From positions 101,990,001 to 102,054,000 of the forward strand of contig NC_043002.1 of assembly GCF_006345805.1 (NCBI RefSeq): a DNA stretch of 64,000 nt, given 5' to 3'. Position numbers and translations under genes: made by a program. Below the pieces are notes generated by a model, which did not search any database, was not told where the DNA came from, and saw only the letters and a program-made list of their open reading frames with translations. The stretch comes from Octopus sinensis. Lineage: Eukaryota. Position 1 is the stretch's first letter; the number at the start of each line of letters is the position of its first letter. Below, piece by piece: positions 15,389 through 27,189 of this stretch.

Positions 15389-15662
15389 CACACGCACATA
15401 CAAATATGCACACAGACACACACATATACATATAAATAGATGTGTGTCAGTGTGTGTTTGTATGTATGTATACACTAATATGTGTGTCCATCTTACTAAC
15501 TTGACTTACTTTCTTTCCAAAATCATTCTCCAAAAGATATTTCTTCAAAAACTCCATTTACTTTGCTCTTAACCAATTCTTCCTTTCCATCTCTCCTCCT
15601 CCTCCTCCCTTTCATCTTTCTCCCTCTTTTTACTCTCTTATCCCCCTCTATCCACCTAACTT

Positions 15663-15722
15663 TTTTCACCTAACGTCTTTTCACCTAACGTCTTTTCACC
15701 TAACGTCTTTTCACCTAACGTC
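15663..15722. repeat. 15-bp minisatellite (TTTTCACCTAACGTC) x4
   Basis: Four perfect tandem copies, with a partial cacctaac just upstream. Confidence 0.95.
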
Positions 15723-16136
15723 TTTTCTCTTTTACTAAACAACATTTTGTTGCGTACGTTTTCATTCCATTCTCTTAAATCTTCACTTTTATCCCTCCCA
15801 TGAATTCTCTGTAACATTTCCAACATAATTCTCTTACATTTCCCACCTCTGCATTCCAAGTCAATTATTTTGCTAGATTTTTCAATATCTTACCCCTTCT
15901 ACATGCCCTTTCCTTCTCTCTCTCTCTCTCTATTTCGCCCACGCTTCGGCTCTCACTACTTCTCTTCCCAAATATTCTTGCTATATACACAATCTTACTC
16001 CAAATCTGCTAACTCCTTACTCTGTCACATTCTTTTCTTTAGCAAAACTTTCACCATACATCAAATCCGAACATGTCACACTTTTTAGTCTATTTTTTTT
16101 AAAGTGGAAACCTAATCGATTCATATATATATATAT

Positions 16137-16183
<47 letters not shown>

Positions 16184-16214
16184 TATATATATATATATAT
16201 ATGTATATATCATA

Positions 16215-16246
<32 letters not shown>

Positions 16247-16266
16247 CTATATATATAGATATATAT

Positions 16267-16310
<44 letters not shown>

Positions 16311-16384
16311 ATATAATATATATAATATATATATATATACATATATATATATGTGTGTATATAATATATATATATATACACATA

Positions 16385-16435
<51 letters not shown>

Positions 16436-16606
16436 CATCATACATACATACATACATACATACATACATACATACATACATACATACATACATACATACA
16501 TACATACATACAGAGAGAGAGAGAGAGATAGATTGATTAAAGCCTGTTCGAAGAAAACAAGAATACCAAATTTCAAAGAACATTAGTAGCAATGATAGAT
16601 CATCCT

Positions 16607-16645
<39 letters not shown>

Positions 16646-16654
16646 CCATTCTAT

Positions 16655-16825
16655 TATAGGCACAAGGCCTGAAATGTGGGGGAGGGGGACAGCCGATTAC
16701 ATCGACTCCAGTGCGTAACTGGTACTTATTTAATCGACCCCCCAAAGGATGAAAGCAAAGTCGACCTCGGTGGAATTGGAACTCAGAACGTACCAAAGGG
16801 CAAAATTCAGCCAGCTCGCCGCCTT
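16655..16825 (-). mobile_element. SINE family A (tRNA head + Meta/MESC-like core), internally deleted copy
   Basis: Minus strand aaggcggcgagctggc...gttctgagttccaattccaccgaggtcgactttgctttcatcctttgggggtcgattaaataagtaccagttacgcac matches the copies at 47048 and 47494. Confidence 0.85.
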
Positions 16826-16859
16826 AATAATAAAAGCTAAAGAGAAGAACTAGGAAATA

Positions 16860-18129
16860 ATTGTTGGCTCTCTTCACCAGCATGAAATTGAGAGATTTTA
16901 TTGCGGTTGATAAGTGTGTGTGTGTATGCTTTCTTTTTGAGGTGAGGTGGGTTACGATAGTGTCGGTGTTGCCGGTGGGGCTGATGTTGTTAAAAACATC
17001 ACCAGCCCCACCGGCAACACCGGTGTTTGTTGTCTTTGCACAGGAACATTCTATTGTTGGTGTGGGGTCAGGTACGTTGTCGTTTCTTTTTTCGCTTCTT
17101 GTGGTTCCTCCTTGTCTTCGCGTTGTAGAGGCAACAGTGTCTGGGCAATAAGTTTCGTGATGTATGGGTCTGTTTCTGTTTGCATCGCTGTGTGAGTGCG
17201 TGCTTGAGAGACGGTGAGACTACGTGCTGGTTTGGGGATACCCCGGGTGGTTATCTCTATTGCCCTAGTTTGTCATTTGCCTGAAAATATGGCTGCGTGT
17301 CTGGCATAGTGTGTCAGTTGTTGCTGTTGTTGAGGGTTTTGTTTGGGTGGAGTTATGGCCTTGTGCCCCTTGTCCGTTTCGGGCAGAATGGCTTGATGTG
17401 GCTTGTGGCCCCACAAATGTTACAGTTAGGCTTTCTGCATTCTACTACAACCCGCAAGTCAACCCCGTTGGTATAAGGTCCGGGATATTTTCTGTTTTCC
17501 GGCTTCACAAGGAGCACGATTTCAATGGTTATCCCGGACCAGTTTCTCCTGCTGCTCCGTTTAACCTCCAGTAGTGATTCCGAATCTTCTACCACGGAAG
17601 CTACGATCCACCAAGCATTCACACCTGGCATTGTTTTATCACACAATTTACTTTTTGAAAGGTAAATTTGCTACAGAACCCACTTCTTATTCCATATTGA
17701 CCTTACTGCATGTTTACGTACGAGTTCCTCATTTTTGAAGAGGACATCGATACTGGCATTTTGTCTGCCTCTTTGTAAGTGGGCCACGTTTTCTTAAATT
17801 CCTTTTAAGACCTCTTCCACTTGACATACATGCAATTGCTACTCGCCTGCCCTTGCACGAGACACGTTTAAAATATATAGTTGTTTTTTCCCTTCATTTC
17901 CCACATTTGAGGAGATACAATTTTATGAATTTTGGGGGGATTGGGCCAATTCTTTTGCTTTTTCATCATGGGTCAAGGGAAACAGTTCTTTTCTAAATCT
18001 GCCGACGTTGAAATTATTGTTTTGCTCGGTGTTCTTTAGATTATTTGAGGTTGGCGTTACTTTGTTTGTTTCTGATCCGCAGGTGTCAGTAGTAGTCGTA
18101 GCAGTGTTGCTGTTATTTGTACTTTCCCC

Positions 18130-18130
<1 letters not shown>
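16860..18130 (-). mobile_element. LINE ORF1 (gag-like) pseudogene with CCHC zinc knuckle, possibly L1/Tx1 group
   Basis: ORF 17353-17646 contains CNICGATSHIKPFC (CX2CX4HX4C). Upstream frames read ..VAHLQRGRQNASIDVLFKNEELVRKHA.. with stops, and a Thr/Pro-rich low-complexity tail follows. Clade assignment is inference. Confidence 0.7.
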
Positions 18131-18169
<39 letters not shown>

Positions 18170-18561
18170 CCCTCTTCACATTCCTGCCGTCGCCGCTACT
18201 AATTTCTCGTGCTTCTCGAGCTCACATTAGGCTGCTTCTGTTGTTGCTTTTGTTGTCACTGGGAGTGAGTGGCATGATTGGCGTGGGGACAATATTCTTC
18301 TGTGGGAGGGATGGTGGGAAGAACAGCTTTTCCCCTCAACGCTCCCATGAGGGTCACTAATGTCGATAGTAATCGTGATGATGACGATGCCATCTTGTCA
18401 GTGCGATTTTTTGCACGAGATTCTTAGACAATAGATAATTCAATGAATAAATGCTGCCCCTTATAAGACAGAAACAACAAACAGGGTGAAAACACAGTTT
18501 AACACAACTTACGAAGCGTGTCCGAAAGAACGTCTTACGTATTCCGCAGTGAATAATAATG

Positions 18562-18595
<34 letters not shown>

Positions 18596-18655
18596 GAAGA
18601 AGAAGAAGACGAATTTTGGCCATGATAAGTGCGCAAGTTTTGTATGAGATAAGTT

Positions 18656-18898
18656 GGATATTTTCCTTTTGATGGACGGAATTTCTAGTTAAATAAGCAA
18701 TTTGAAACTTCGTATACTGGTAGAATATGTCAAAAGAAAACATTATTTTCACATTGCTTTTTTGAGAAAATTGTAATTTGTATGTTTAACGTAGTTTAAT
18801 TCTTCGAATTTTAACCAATGAAATGCAAGCATTTCAGCTCAAATCATTTGCTGCGTCTAAAAACTCAGACAACATCCTGTTGCAACGTAAACAGCGCG

Positions 18899-18976
<78 letters not shown>

Positions 18977-19642
18977 CACACACACACACACATGTGTTAT
19001 TCCTCCTTCTCTTTTCTGTCTGTCTCGCTCATCGATATTGATAAAAAAAAATGATGAGGCATGTGCTAGAAATAACAGCCATATCTCTTAAATAGATGAA
19101 TTTCGTCGCCCAATAAACATATTAACGATATTTTTTGAATATATTCTTTCTTATTTTTTACCGAAAATGCTTCTCCCATGGTTTTGAAGGGCCGAAGACA
19201 ACAAAAACAAAACAATAATATGCCTAAATCGGCCTAGAGGGTGCGCGTGGAATGTGGGTCGTATTGTAAAAATTTGCGAAATATTTTTTCATAAAAGGAT
19301 GCCCCAGCTTGTCGGAGGCTGTGATATAAATTGGGAAAAAAAATCCTCGACGCCAGTGCGTAATTGGTACTTAATTTATCGACCCCGAAACGATGAAACA
19401 TTGACCCCCCCCTTCTGGTTTATTTACCTTTTGTGTAAATTTCTTGCGGCAAGGGGCAAAACACAGAGGGGACAAAGCATGAGATTCAAAAGTATTAAGT
19501 CGATTCTATCGACATCAGTGCGAAATCACGAACGTGTATGTATGCTTGTGTGCGTATGTGTGTGTATGTATATCTCCGTTTGTATGTGTGTGTACGTTTG
19601 TATATTAATTACTATGTGCTTGTGCAAATGTATATGCATGTG

Positions 19643-19686
<44 letters not shown>

Positions 19687-20008
19687 TGTGTGACAGAGTG
19701 TGTGTGTGTGTCTGTGTGTGTGTGCAAGTGTACGTGTGCATGTATCTGAATATGTGTGTGTGTGTGTATGCGGCATGCGTCTCCTCGTTTGTTTATCAAT
19801 ATCGATAACGCAGCAAATGATTTGAGCTCAAATGCTGGCATTTCATTGGTTAAATTTCGAAGAATTAAATACGTTAAACTTACAAATTACAATTTTCTCA
19901 AAAAAGCCAAGTGAAAATAATATTTTTTTTTTGACACATTCTACCAGTATACCAAGTTTCAAATTGTTTAGTTAACTAAAAATTCCGTCCATCAAAAGGA
20001 AAAGATCC
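18656..20008. mobile_element. Non-autonomous foldback/MITE-like element with ~200-bp imperfect inverted arms
   Basis: 18656-18856 is the reverse complement of 19808-20008 (ggatattttccttttgatggacggaattt...tttgaaacttcgtatactggtagaat...ttaaccaatgaaatgcaagcatttcagctcaaatcatttgctgcgt). Confidence 0.8.
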
Positions 20009-20039
20009 GATAAGTTCAAGCAAACAGCTTCCATTAAAT

Positions 20040-21530
20040 TAGATACTGACACTGCCACCAAGAAGCTTGACCCACAAGAAAACTACTGATATCCGGTGAT
20101 GAACGAAGGAGATGATATACAATATGCTACCATGAAGGAAAATATATGAAAAGTATCTTACAGGAGAGTAAGACTCATACTAAAAACTGAACTTAACTCT
20201 AAAAATCGCATCGAAGCCGTTAATACCCGGTCACTTCCAATAGTCCAATATAGTTTTAACATCATAACTGAAATCTTACAGAGCTCCAACGCCTGGACAG
20301 GAAGAAAAGAAAACTACTAACTTCTAAGAACATGCACCACCCAAAAGCAGATGTTGATTGTCTGTATCTACCTCGAAGTAATGGGGGAAGCGAAATTTGA
20401 ACTCAAAACGTAGCGACAGACGAAATACATATTTCTTTACTACCCACAAAGGGCTAAACACAGAGAAGACAAACAAGGACAGACAAACGGATTAAGTCGA
20501 TTATATCGACCCCAGTGCGTAACTGGTACTTATTTAATCGACCCCAAAAGGATGAAAGGCAAAGTCGACCTCGGCGGAATTTGAACTCAGAACGTAACGG
20601 CAGACGAAATACCTATTTCTTTATTACCCACAAGGGGCTAAACATAGAGGGGACAAACAAGGACAGACATAAGTATTAAGTCGATTACATCGACCCCAGT
20701 GCGTAACTGGTACTTAATTTATCGACCTCGATAGGATGAAAGGCAAAGTCGACCTCGGCGGAATTTGAACTCACAACGTAACGGCAGACGAAATACCGCT
20801 AAGCTTTTCGCCCGGTGTGCTAAATCAAAAATAATAATGATAATGATAGCATGAAGTAAGTGCAGCAACTGTTGTTTCAAAGAAGGTGAAATCAATACCA
20901 AAGCAAAATGCTTTTGAACAATTGACTGATAGGTGGAAACATGAACCTCTGCATGGCAAATATGTGACCCGTAGTAAAAAAAAAAAAAAATTATGCATAC
21001 CAGAAGCACACCCATCAGTGGTTACGGAACTCAGAGCTAAAGGCAGAGAGTGAAGGCTTTAGCTTGGCTTTTCAACATCAGAGCTTATTGACACGGAACT
21101 ATCAAGCCAATGTGATGTAAAATGGTGTTGACTCAAAGTGCCAATAATGCAACGATGGTATAGAAACAGGGGATCACCTAATCTCTGATTGTAAGGTTTT
21201 AGCACCTGTAGAGTACAAATCAAGACATGACAGAGTTGACCAACATCAACACTGGATAAGGTGTTGGCATTATGAAATTAAAACTGCTGCAAATCGTACA
21301 AGCACCACCCTGAGGCTATAACTGAGGGAGAAAATTTAACGATTCTTTGGGATTTTTCCAGTATGTACAGACAGAAGTATCAAAGCAATAAATCCAGATA
21401 TTGTTGTGAAAGATCAAATCATTAAAGTATGTTTATTGATTGACGTGAGCGTACTCCGTGATCATAATATTTCGGCAAAAGAATTTCATAAGCACAGAAA
21501 AATAACGAGTTGCTGATTGAAACAAAACCT
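20040..21530 (+). mobile_element. R4/Dong-like (restriction-like endonuclease) non-LTR retrotransposon fragment: RT thumb, CCHC knuckle and PD..D nuclease; interrupted by SINEs
   Basis: ..RRVRLILKTELNSKNRIEAVNT..PIVQYSFNII..LQRLDRKKRKLLT..MHHPKADVDCLYLPRSNGG, then W..EPLHGKY..HQWLRNSELKAESEGF..SKCQ*CNDGIETGDHLISDCKVLAPVEYKSRHD..ILWDF..TDRSIKA..PDIVVKDQ..CLLIDVSV. Confidence 0.85.
20390..20823 (-). mobile_element. Head-to-tail array of SINE family A units (~183 bp) nested in the R4-like LINE
   Basis: Units 20429-20612 and 20613-20823 plus a stub at 20390-20428; each junction reads cagacgaaatac|(c/a)tatttcttt. Confidence 0.85.
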
Positions 21531-21609
21531 GGCCAGATATTTGTGGTTGAGTGATCGTCAGGCAGTTCTCGAAGGCATGCACGCACGCACACACACACAC
21601 ACACACACA

Positions 21610-21669
<60 letters not shown>

Positions 21670-22347
21670 TTCTATTTACATTGAAAATTTATTCAAAGCG
21701 AAATGTGACAGTTTCGCCAATTATATGTAATTCCTGCAATTTGGTCTTCGCTATTTTGCAGCATTAATGTTTGAAAATTGCTTTTGAAAGATTTCGAAGT
21801 GTTGTATATGGTTTTAAATAAATCGTAATTCTAACAATTTAGAATTTAAGTTGTTTAATACTAAACAAGTTTAAGACTGACAAGTTTAATAACATTTAGT
21901 TTTGAAAAAAAAAATAGACACCCTGAATGGCCAAGATGCAATCAGATGACGATATATCGGACAGAAATCTTAAATTTACTGAACTTCCTATGAGTCAACA
22001 TATAACAACATGAGCACAAATGATAATACTACTTTGATAATATACTAGATACATAATTGATCTAATTCAACTGAAAAACATAATAGGGAAACAAATTTAT
22101 TAATAAATATGTTTCTGTGAAAAGTTTCATAATTAGTAACAAGAATTAACGTGTTTGTGAGCAGGAAAATTGTTATGAAACGACGAACTGTGAAAACGAA
22201 CGTTTGAAAAACATTTCTCCTAATCTATAAATACTTAAAGGAGCTGAAACTGGTTAGAAGAAACGTGCTGCGCATTTTCTATATATAATTCAATTTGAAT
22301 CGCACATTTTCCACCTATACGCGTATGTTTGTGCGTGCGCATATGCG

Positions 22348-22398
<51 letters not shown>

Positions 22399-22399
22399 G

Positions 22400-22740
22400 G
22401 TCCCGGGTTTATTCGGGGTTAACCACAGTAAATAAGGTACTCAATACATAGCAGAGTAAAATTAATTTATTATATAGAAGGAGCTTCTACAGGACTAGAA
22501 CTGTTTCATTCAAGAGAAATCTTCAGGAAGCTAGTTAACAAGAATTGTATTGGCATTTATACATTTAGGCAGGTTTAAAGGGGTGGTGGTGGGGGACTTT
22601 TTGGGGGTAGGCATAGCGCAAAAAAATCATACTTGGGGGAGTGGTCAAGGAGTCAGTGGTAAATTAGATAGAAGAATAAATAAAAGAATAAAAAAAGGGG
22701 GAATAAAAAATATATATAGAGGAATAGAGTTTTAGGTAAA
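22400..22740 (-). mobile_element. Penelope-like pseudo-LTR / 3' region
   Basis: C-rich minus-strand segment followed by a type I hammerhead (22482-22532) and an AT-rich gtaccttattt end. No ORF is retained, so the PLE assignment rests on the ribozyme context. Confidence 0.6.
22482..22532 (-). ncRNA. Type I hammerhead ribozyme (U.U at 10.1-11.1)
   Basis: Minus strand agcuuc CUGAAGA u uuc ucuu gaa u GAA ACAG uucuaguc CUGU A|gaagcu: 6-bp stem I, 3-bp stem II with tetraloop, 4-bp stem III, GUA cleavage triplet. Confidence 0.75.
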
Positions 22741-22831
22741 TGAGGAAAATCTCACTTATACCTATACACATATGTATACATATATACACACACACACACA
22801 TATACATACTCACATACATACACACACACCC

Positions 22832-22884
<53 letters not shown>

Positions 22885-23182
22885 TACATATACATACATA
22901 TATCTACACACACATACACATATACATATATATATATATATATACATACACATATACATGCACATACATATACACACACACATGTATATATGCACACACA
23001 CACACGACCACACATACACATATACACAAAAAAATATATACATACACACACATACACATACGCACATACACACACATATATATCCACATACACACATGCA
23101 CACACAACACACAAGTCCCTATATACTCATACGTACTTATACACATATATGTATATATACATATATATATATATTTATATAT

Positions 23183-23460
23183 AGAGGGCATTATACATAC
23201 ATGCCAGAGGGCATTATACATACATGCCACACGCTAAGAGGGACAATTAGTCATTTTTACCAAAAATATTACTAATCCCACCGAATGCAATTTTTCAAAG
23301 TAAGACATTTAAAAAATATAGACCTGTATCACAGTGATTTCATACTTACGTATTCATCAGCAGGCCTGAATGTATCATAAATAAACGACCCTGCCCCGCT
23401 TAAGCCGATCAGCTAACTGATCAACATCAACGAAGCACATGGGTGAGTTTACATATATTA
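23183..23460 (-). mobile_element. Penelope-like pseudo-LTR carrying a hammerhead
   Basis: Contains the ribozyme at 23320-23367. The segment 3' of it (gtcttactttgaaaaattgcatt...ataatgccctct) recurs at 54921-55134. It ends in a 23-bp direct duplication (agagggcattatacatacatgcc x2). Confidence 0.65.
23320..23367 (-). ncRNA. Type I hammerhead ribozyme with canonical core
   Basis: Minus strand aggccug CUGAUGA auac guaa guau GAA AUCAC u GUGAU A|caggucu: 7-bp stem I (one G.U), 4-bp stem II with GNRA loop, near-palindromic stem III, AUA cleavage triplet, all conserved core nucleotides present. Confidence 0.88.
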
Positions 23461-24223
23461 CATCCTGTAAATGGCATACTTTTACGAATTGCATTTCGGG
23501 AAAGGAAAAGTTTTTTCGGAATAAAGTAGTTGTCCTTAATTGCTAAATTTTTATTCCATATATATATATTATATATATATATTATATATATATATATATA
23601 TTATATATATATACATATATATATACACATGCATATGTGTACCTATTCATACCTACACATACACACATATACACATACAAATACAAACCCATTCCCTAAT
23701 TTTAATTTTATTATCTTCATTTATTACTTTTGTTATCTTTGACCGCTGGTCACAAACATCTTGGCTACGACAACCAGTCCCTTTTATCTTTCTACTTGAG
23801 CACAAGCACTCACTCACGCACGCACACTCGTTAGCACGCACACTCGTTAGCACGCACACTCACTCATTCGTACACTCATACACATACACGCACGCACGCG
23901 TTATATTCATACATACATACATCTACATACATACACGTATATACACATACGTACGCGTACCTACAGATTCATGTCTCCAATCTTAGAAGACTAGTCTATA
24001 CATATACACCAATAAATATATATACACACATACATATACACCTACATACAAATACATACATACATCATAACTCTACGTACCTACATATACCTAAACACAC
24101 GAGCGTACACGTATATGTACTTATACACATACACATACCCACGCATATATACATACATACACATACATACACGCACATATACACAAATATATATGTATAT
24201 ATATATATATAATACACATATAT

Positions 24224-24266
<43 letters not shown>

Positions 24267-24354
24267 TACACATACACATACCCACGCATATATACATACA
24301 TATACATACACACGCATACACATACACACACACACATATATATATATTATATAT

Positions 24355-24387
<33 letters not shown>

Positions 24388-24565
24388 TATATACATAATA
24401 TATATATATATATATACACATACACATATATATACATACACACACATACACATACATATACATATACACACATACACACACACACATACATATATACACA
24501 CACAAACATACATATACATACACACATACACATACACACATATATATACACATACATACATACAT

Positions 24566-24657
<92 letters not shown>

Positions 24658-24714
24658 TATACATATATATATATATAGATATATATATATATATCTATAC
24701 GGATCTTTTCTATT

Positions 24715-25690
24715 TTGAGGCCAGTTTTTTCAAATTTTTCCTACTGAACGAAACAATTTGAAACTTCGTATACTGGTAGAATGTGTCAAAAGTAAACTTA
24801 ATTGTAAACCAGAATGAAAACGGAATTGTAACTTCTAAGTTTAACGTTGTTTAATAATTAGAATTTTAACCAATGATATTCCGTCATTCGGCTTTATTTT
24901 ATTTACTATGTCTCGACCACCAATTTCGTGACGTATTTAACATCTTAAATGTAAACAAGTCAGCCACCTTCTAAAACAATATTTAAAACTAGTTAATAAG
25001 CCACATGTATTAAATTGAAAATGTTTCCATTCTGTATGTCTGCATGTTGTGTGTGTGTATGTATGTGTAAGTATGTGTGTGTGTGTATGTATGTGTGTGT
25101 GTGTATGTATGTATAGCCGATTCATCGTAATCGTAATTACGATGAATTGGCCATACATACATAGATAACATACACACACCACACATACATGGCAGACATA
25201 CATATACAACATACACCGAGTAAAAAATTTCAGTTATCTCTCTCTTTCACACATTTTTTTCTCTCTGTCTCTTCAACACACTAACAGAAGCACTTCACTT
25301 ACACAACATACTGTCTCCCACACCCCATCAAACACACACACACACACACATGTTAATATTAAAAAAGCAAAGAGCTGGCAGAAACGTTAGCACGCCGGGC
25401 GAAATGCGTAGCCGTATTTCGTCTGCCGTGTTTGTTTACAGTTTTCCGAACGTTAGTACGTCACAAAAGCGCTTTCTACGTCACACTAATAGAATGCAGT
25501 CAAGTTTTACACATGAAAACAAACAATCTGATTGGTTAAAATTCGCAGTTTTAATCTACGATTAAAGTCATAAAATAGATTTTTCTCAAATAAACTAGTT
25601 CCAACCTGTGTCTTGTTTTGCTAGACTCTATCAGCATACGAAGTTTCAGATTATTTAGTTAAGTAGAAAGATCTGTGGTCCTGGCTTCAG
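24715..25690. mobile_element. Second, more decayed copy of the long-inverted-arm element
   Basis: 24715-24890 (aatttgaaacttcgtatactggtagaatgtgtcaaaa...aattttaaccaatga) matches the left arm at 18656. 25500-25690 (gattggttaaaattcg...cagcatacgaagtttcagattatttagttaa) is its inverted partner. Confidence 0.65.
25369..25428 (+). mobile_element. SINE family A, 5' head only
   Basis: agagctggcagaaacgttagcacgccgggcgaaatgcgtagccgtatttcgtctgccg, near-identical to the 47048 copy. Confidence 0.85.
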
Positions 25691-26025
25691 AATAGAAAAG
25701 ATCCATATATACATATACATGTGTGCAAACATACATACATACTCATACACACTCACACACTTACATATACATATATACACACACCCACACACATATATAT
25801 ATTATATATATATACATATACATATACATATATATATATATATATACATACATACATATAAATATATATATACCTGTATATATATACACGCATATACATA
25901 CATACACACATATATATCTATACACACATACACATATGTACACATACACACGCATATTCACATATATATATATATATATATATGTATATACACATACACA
26001 CACATACATATATATACACACACAT

Positions 26026-26060
<35 letters not shown>

Positions 26061-26403
26061 CATACATACACACACACACATATATATATACCCACACATA
26101 CACACACACACACATTATATGTACATACATACACATACACATACATATACATATACATATACATATACACATGCACATACGTATAACTCTACATACCCAC
26201 ATATACATATATATATATATATATATATACATACATATATATACATATATATATATATACATACACATATATATACACATATACATATGCATATATACAC
26301 ACACATATATATACCCATCTACAATCTGTATATACACACACATACATGCACATACACATAACTCTACATACCTACATATACATCGACATACTCGCGTACA
26401 CTC

Positions 26404-26434
<31 letters not shown>

Positions 26435-26451
26435 TACATATACATACACAC

Positions 26452-26482
<31 letters not shown>

Positions 26483-26603
26483 ATATAAATAAACATATAT
26501 ATATATATTACACACGCACACACATACACATATATACATATACACACACACACATACACATACATATACATATATATACATATATATACACACACATATA
26601 TAT

Positions 26604-26648
<45 letters not shown>

Positions 26649-27189
26649 ACAATTGAGGGTAAAGTTAATTAGTTATTAATCAATTTCACCAAGTATTCAG
26701 TATGTAAGAGGACCATTATTTTTTGAGTAAACATTGTCGGAGAGAAAGTTTTCTTTAAGTAGTGGAAAAGGCTAAAAAAACTTATTAGGCTGCTATTTCT
26801 AGAAAGTTCAGCATGTGGCAAAGTAACCTACCCCACTAAGCCCTAATTATATAATATTTTATATATACATACACATACATACACACATACATATACCCAT
26901 AAATATATACATATGCATACACACATATATACATATATACATATATACACACACACACGCACACACACATAATATATATATATTTTTTTACATACATACA
27001 CACACACACACACATGATACATGCGTATATTCTTCCTACTATACCCATACGTCTATGCATATATACGAAACATATACAAGCGTGCACATACAATATGTGA
27101 AGGTCTTAGGAGAAAAGGTAGTCGGGGGTGCTAGGGGAACGGTGGATTGGGGGGTTTATGGGTGGGGTGGGGTGGGGTATCAATCTGGT

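Larger units (their letters stand above)
23990..26650. repeat. Large compound (TA/CA/TACA) microsatellite field
   Basis: Direct inspection; generates many overlapping YI/HT/CV ORFs. Interrupted by the element at 24715-25690. Confidence 0.9.

Noticed and set aside
21943-21970. cagatga-cgat-at-atcg-gacagaaat as a hammerhead
   Set aside because: U4 is altered, GAAA is displaced and no stems I or III form.
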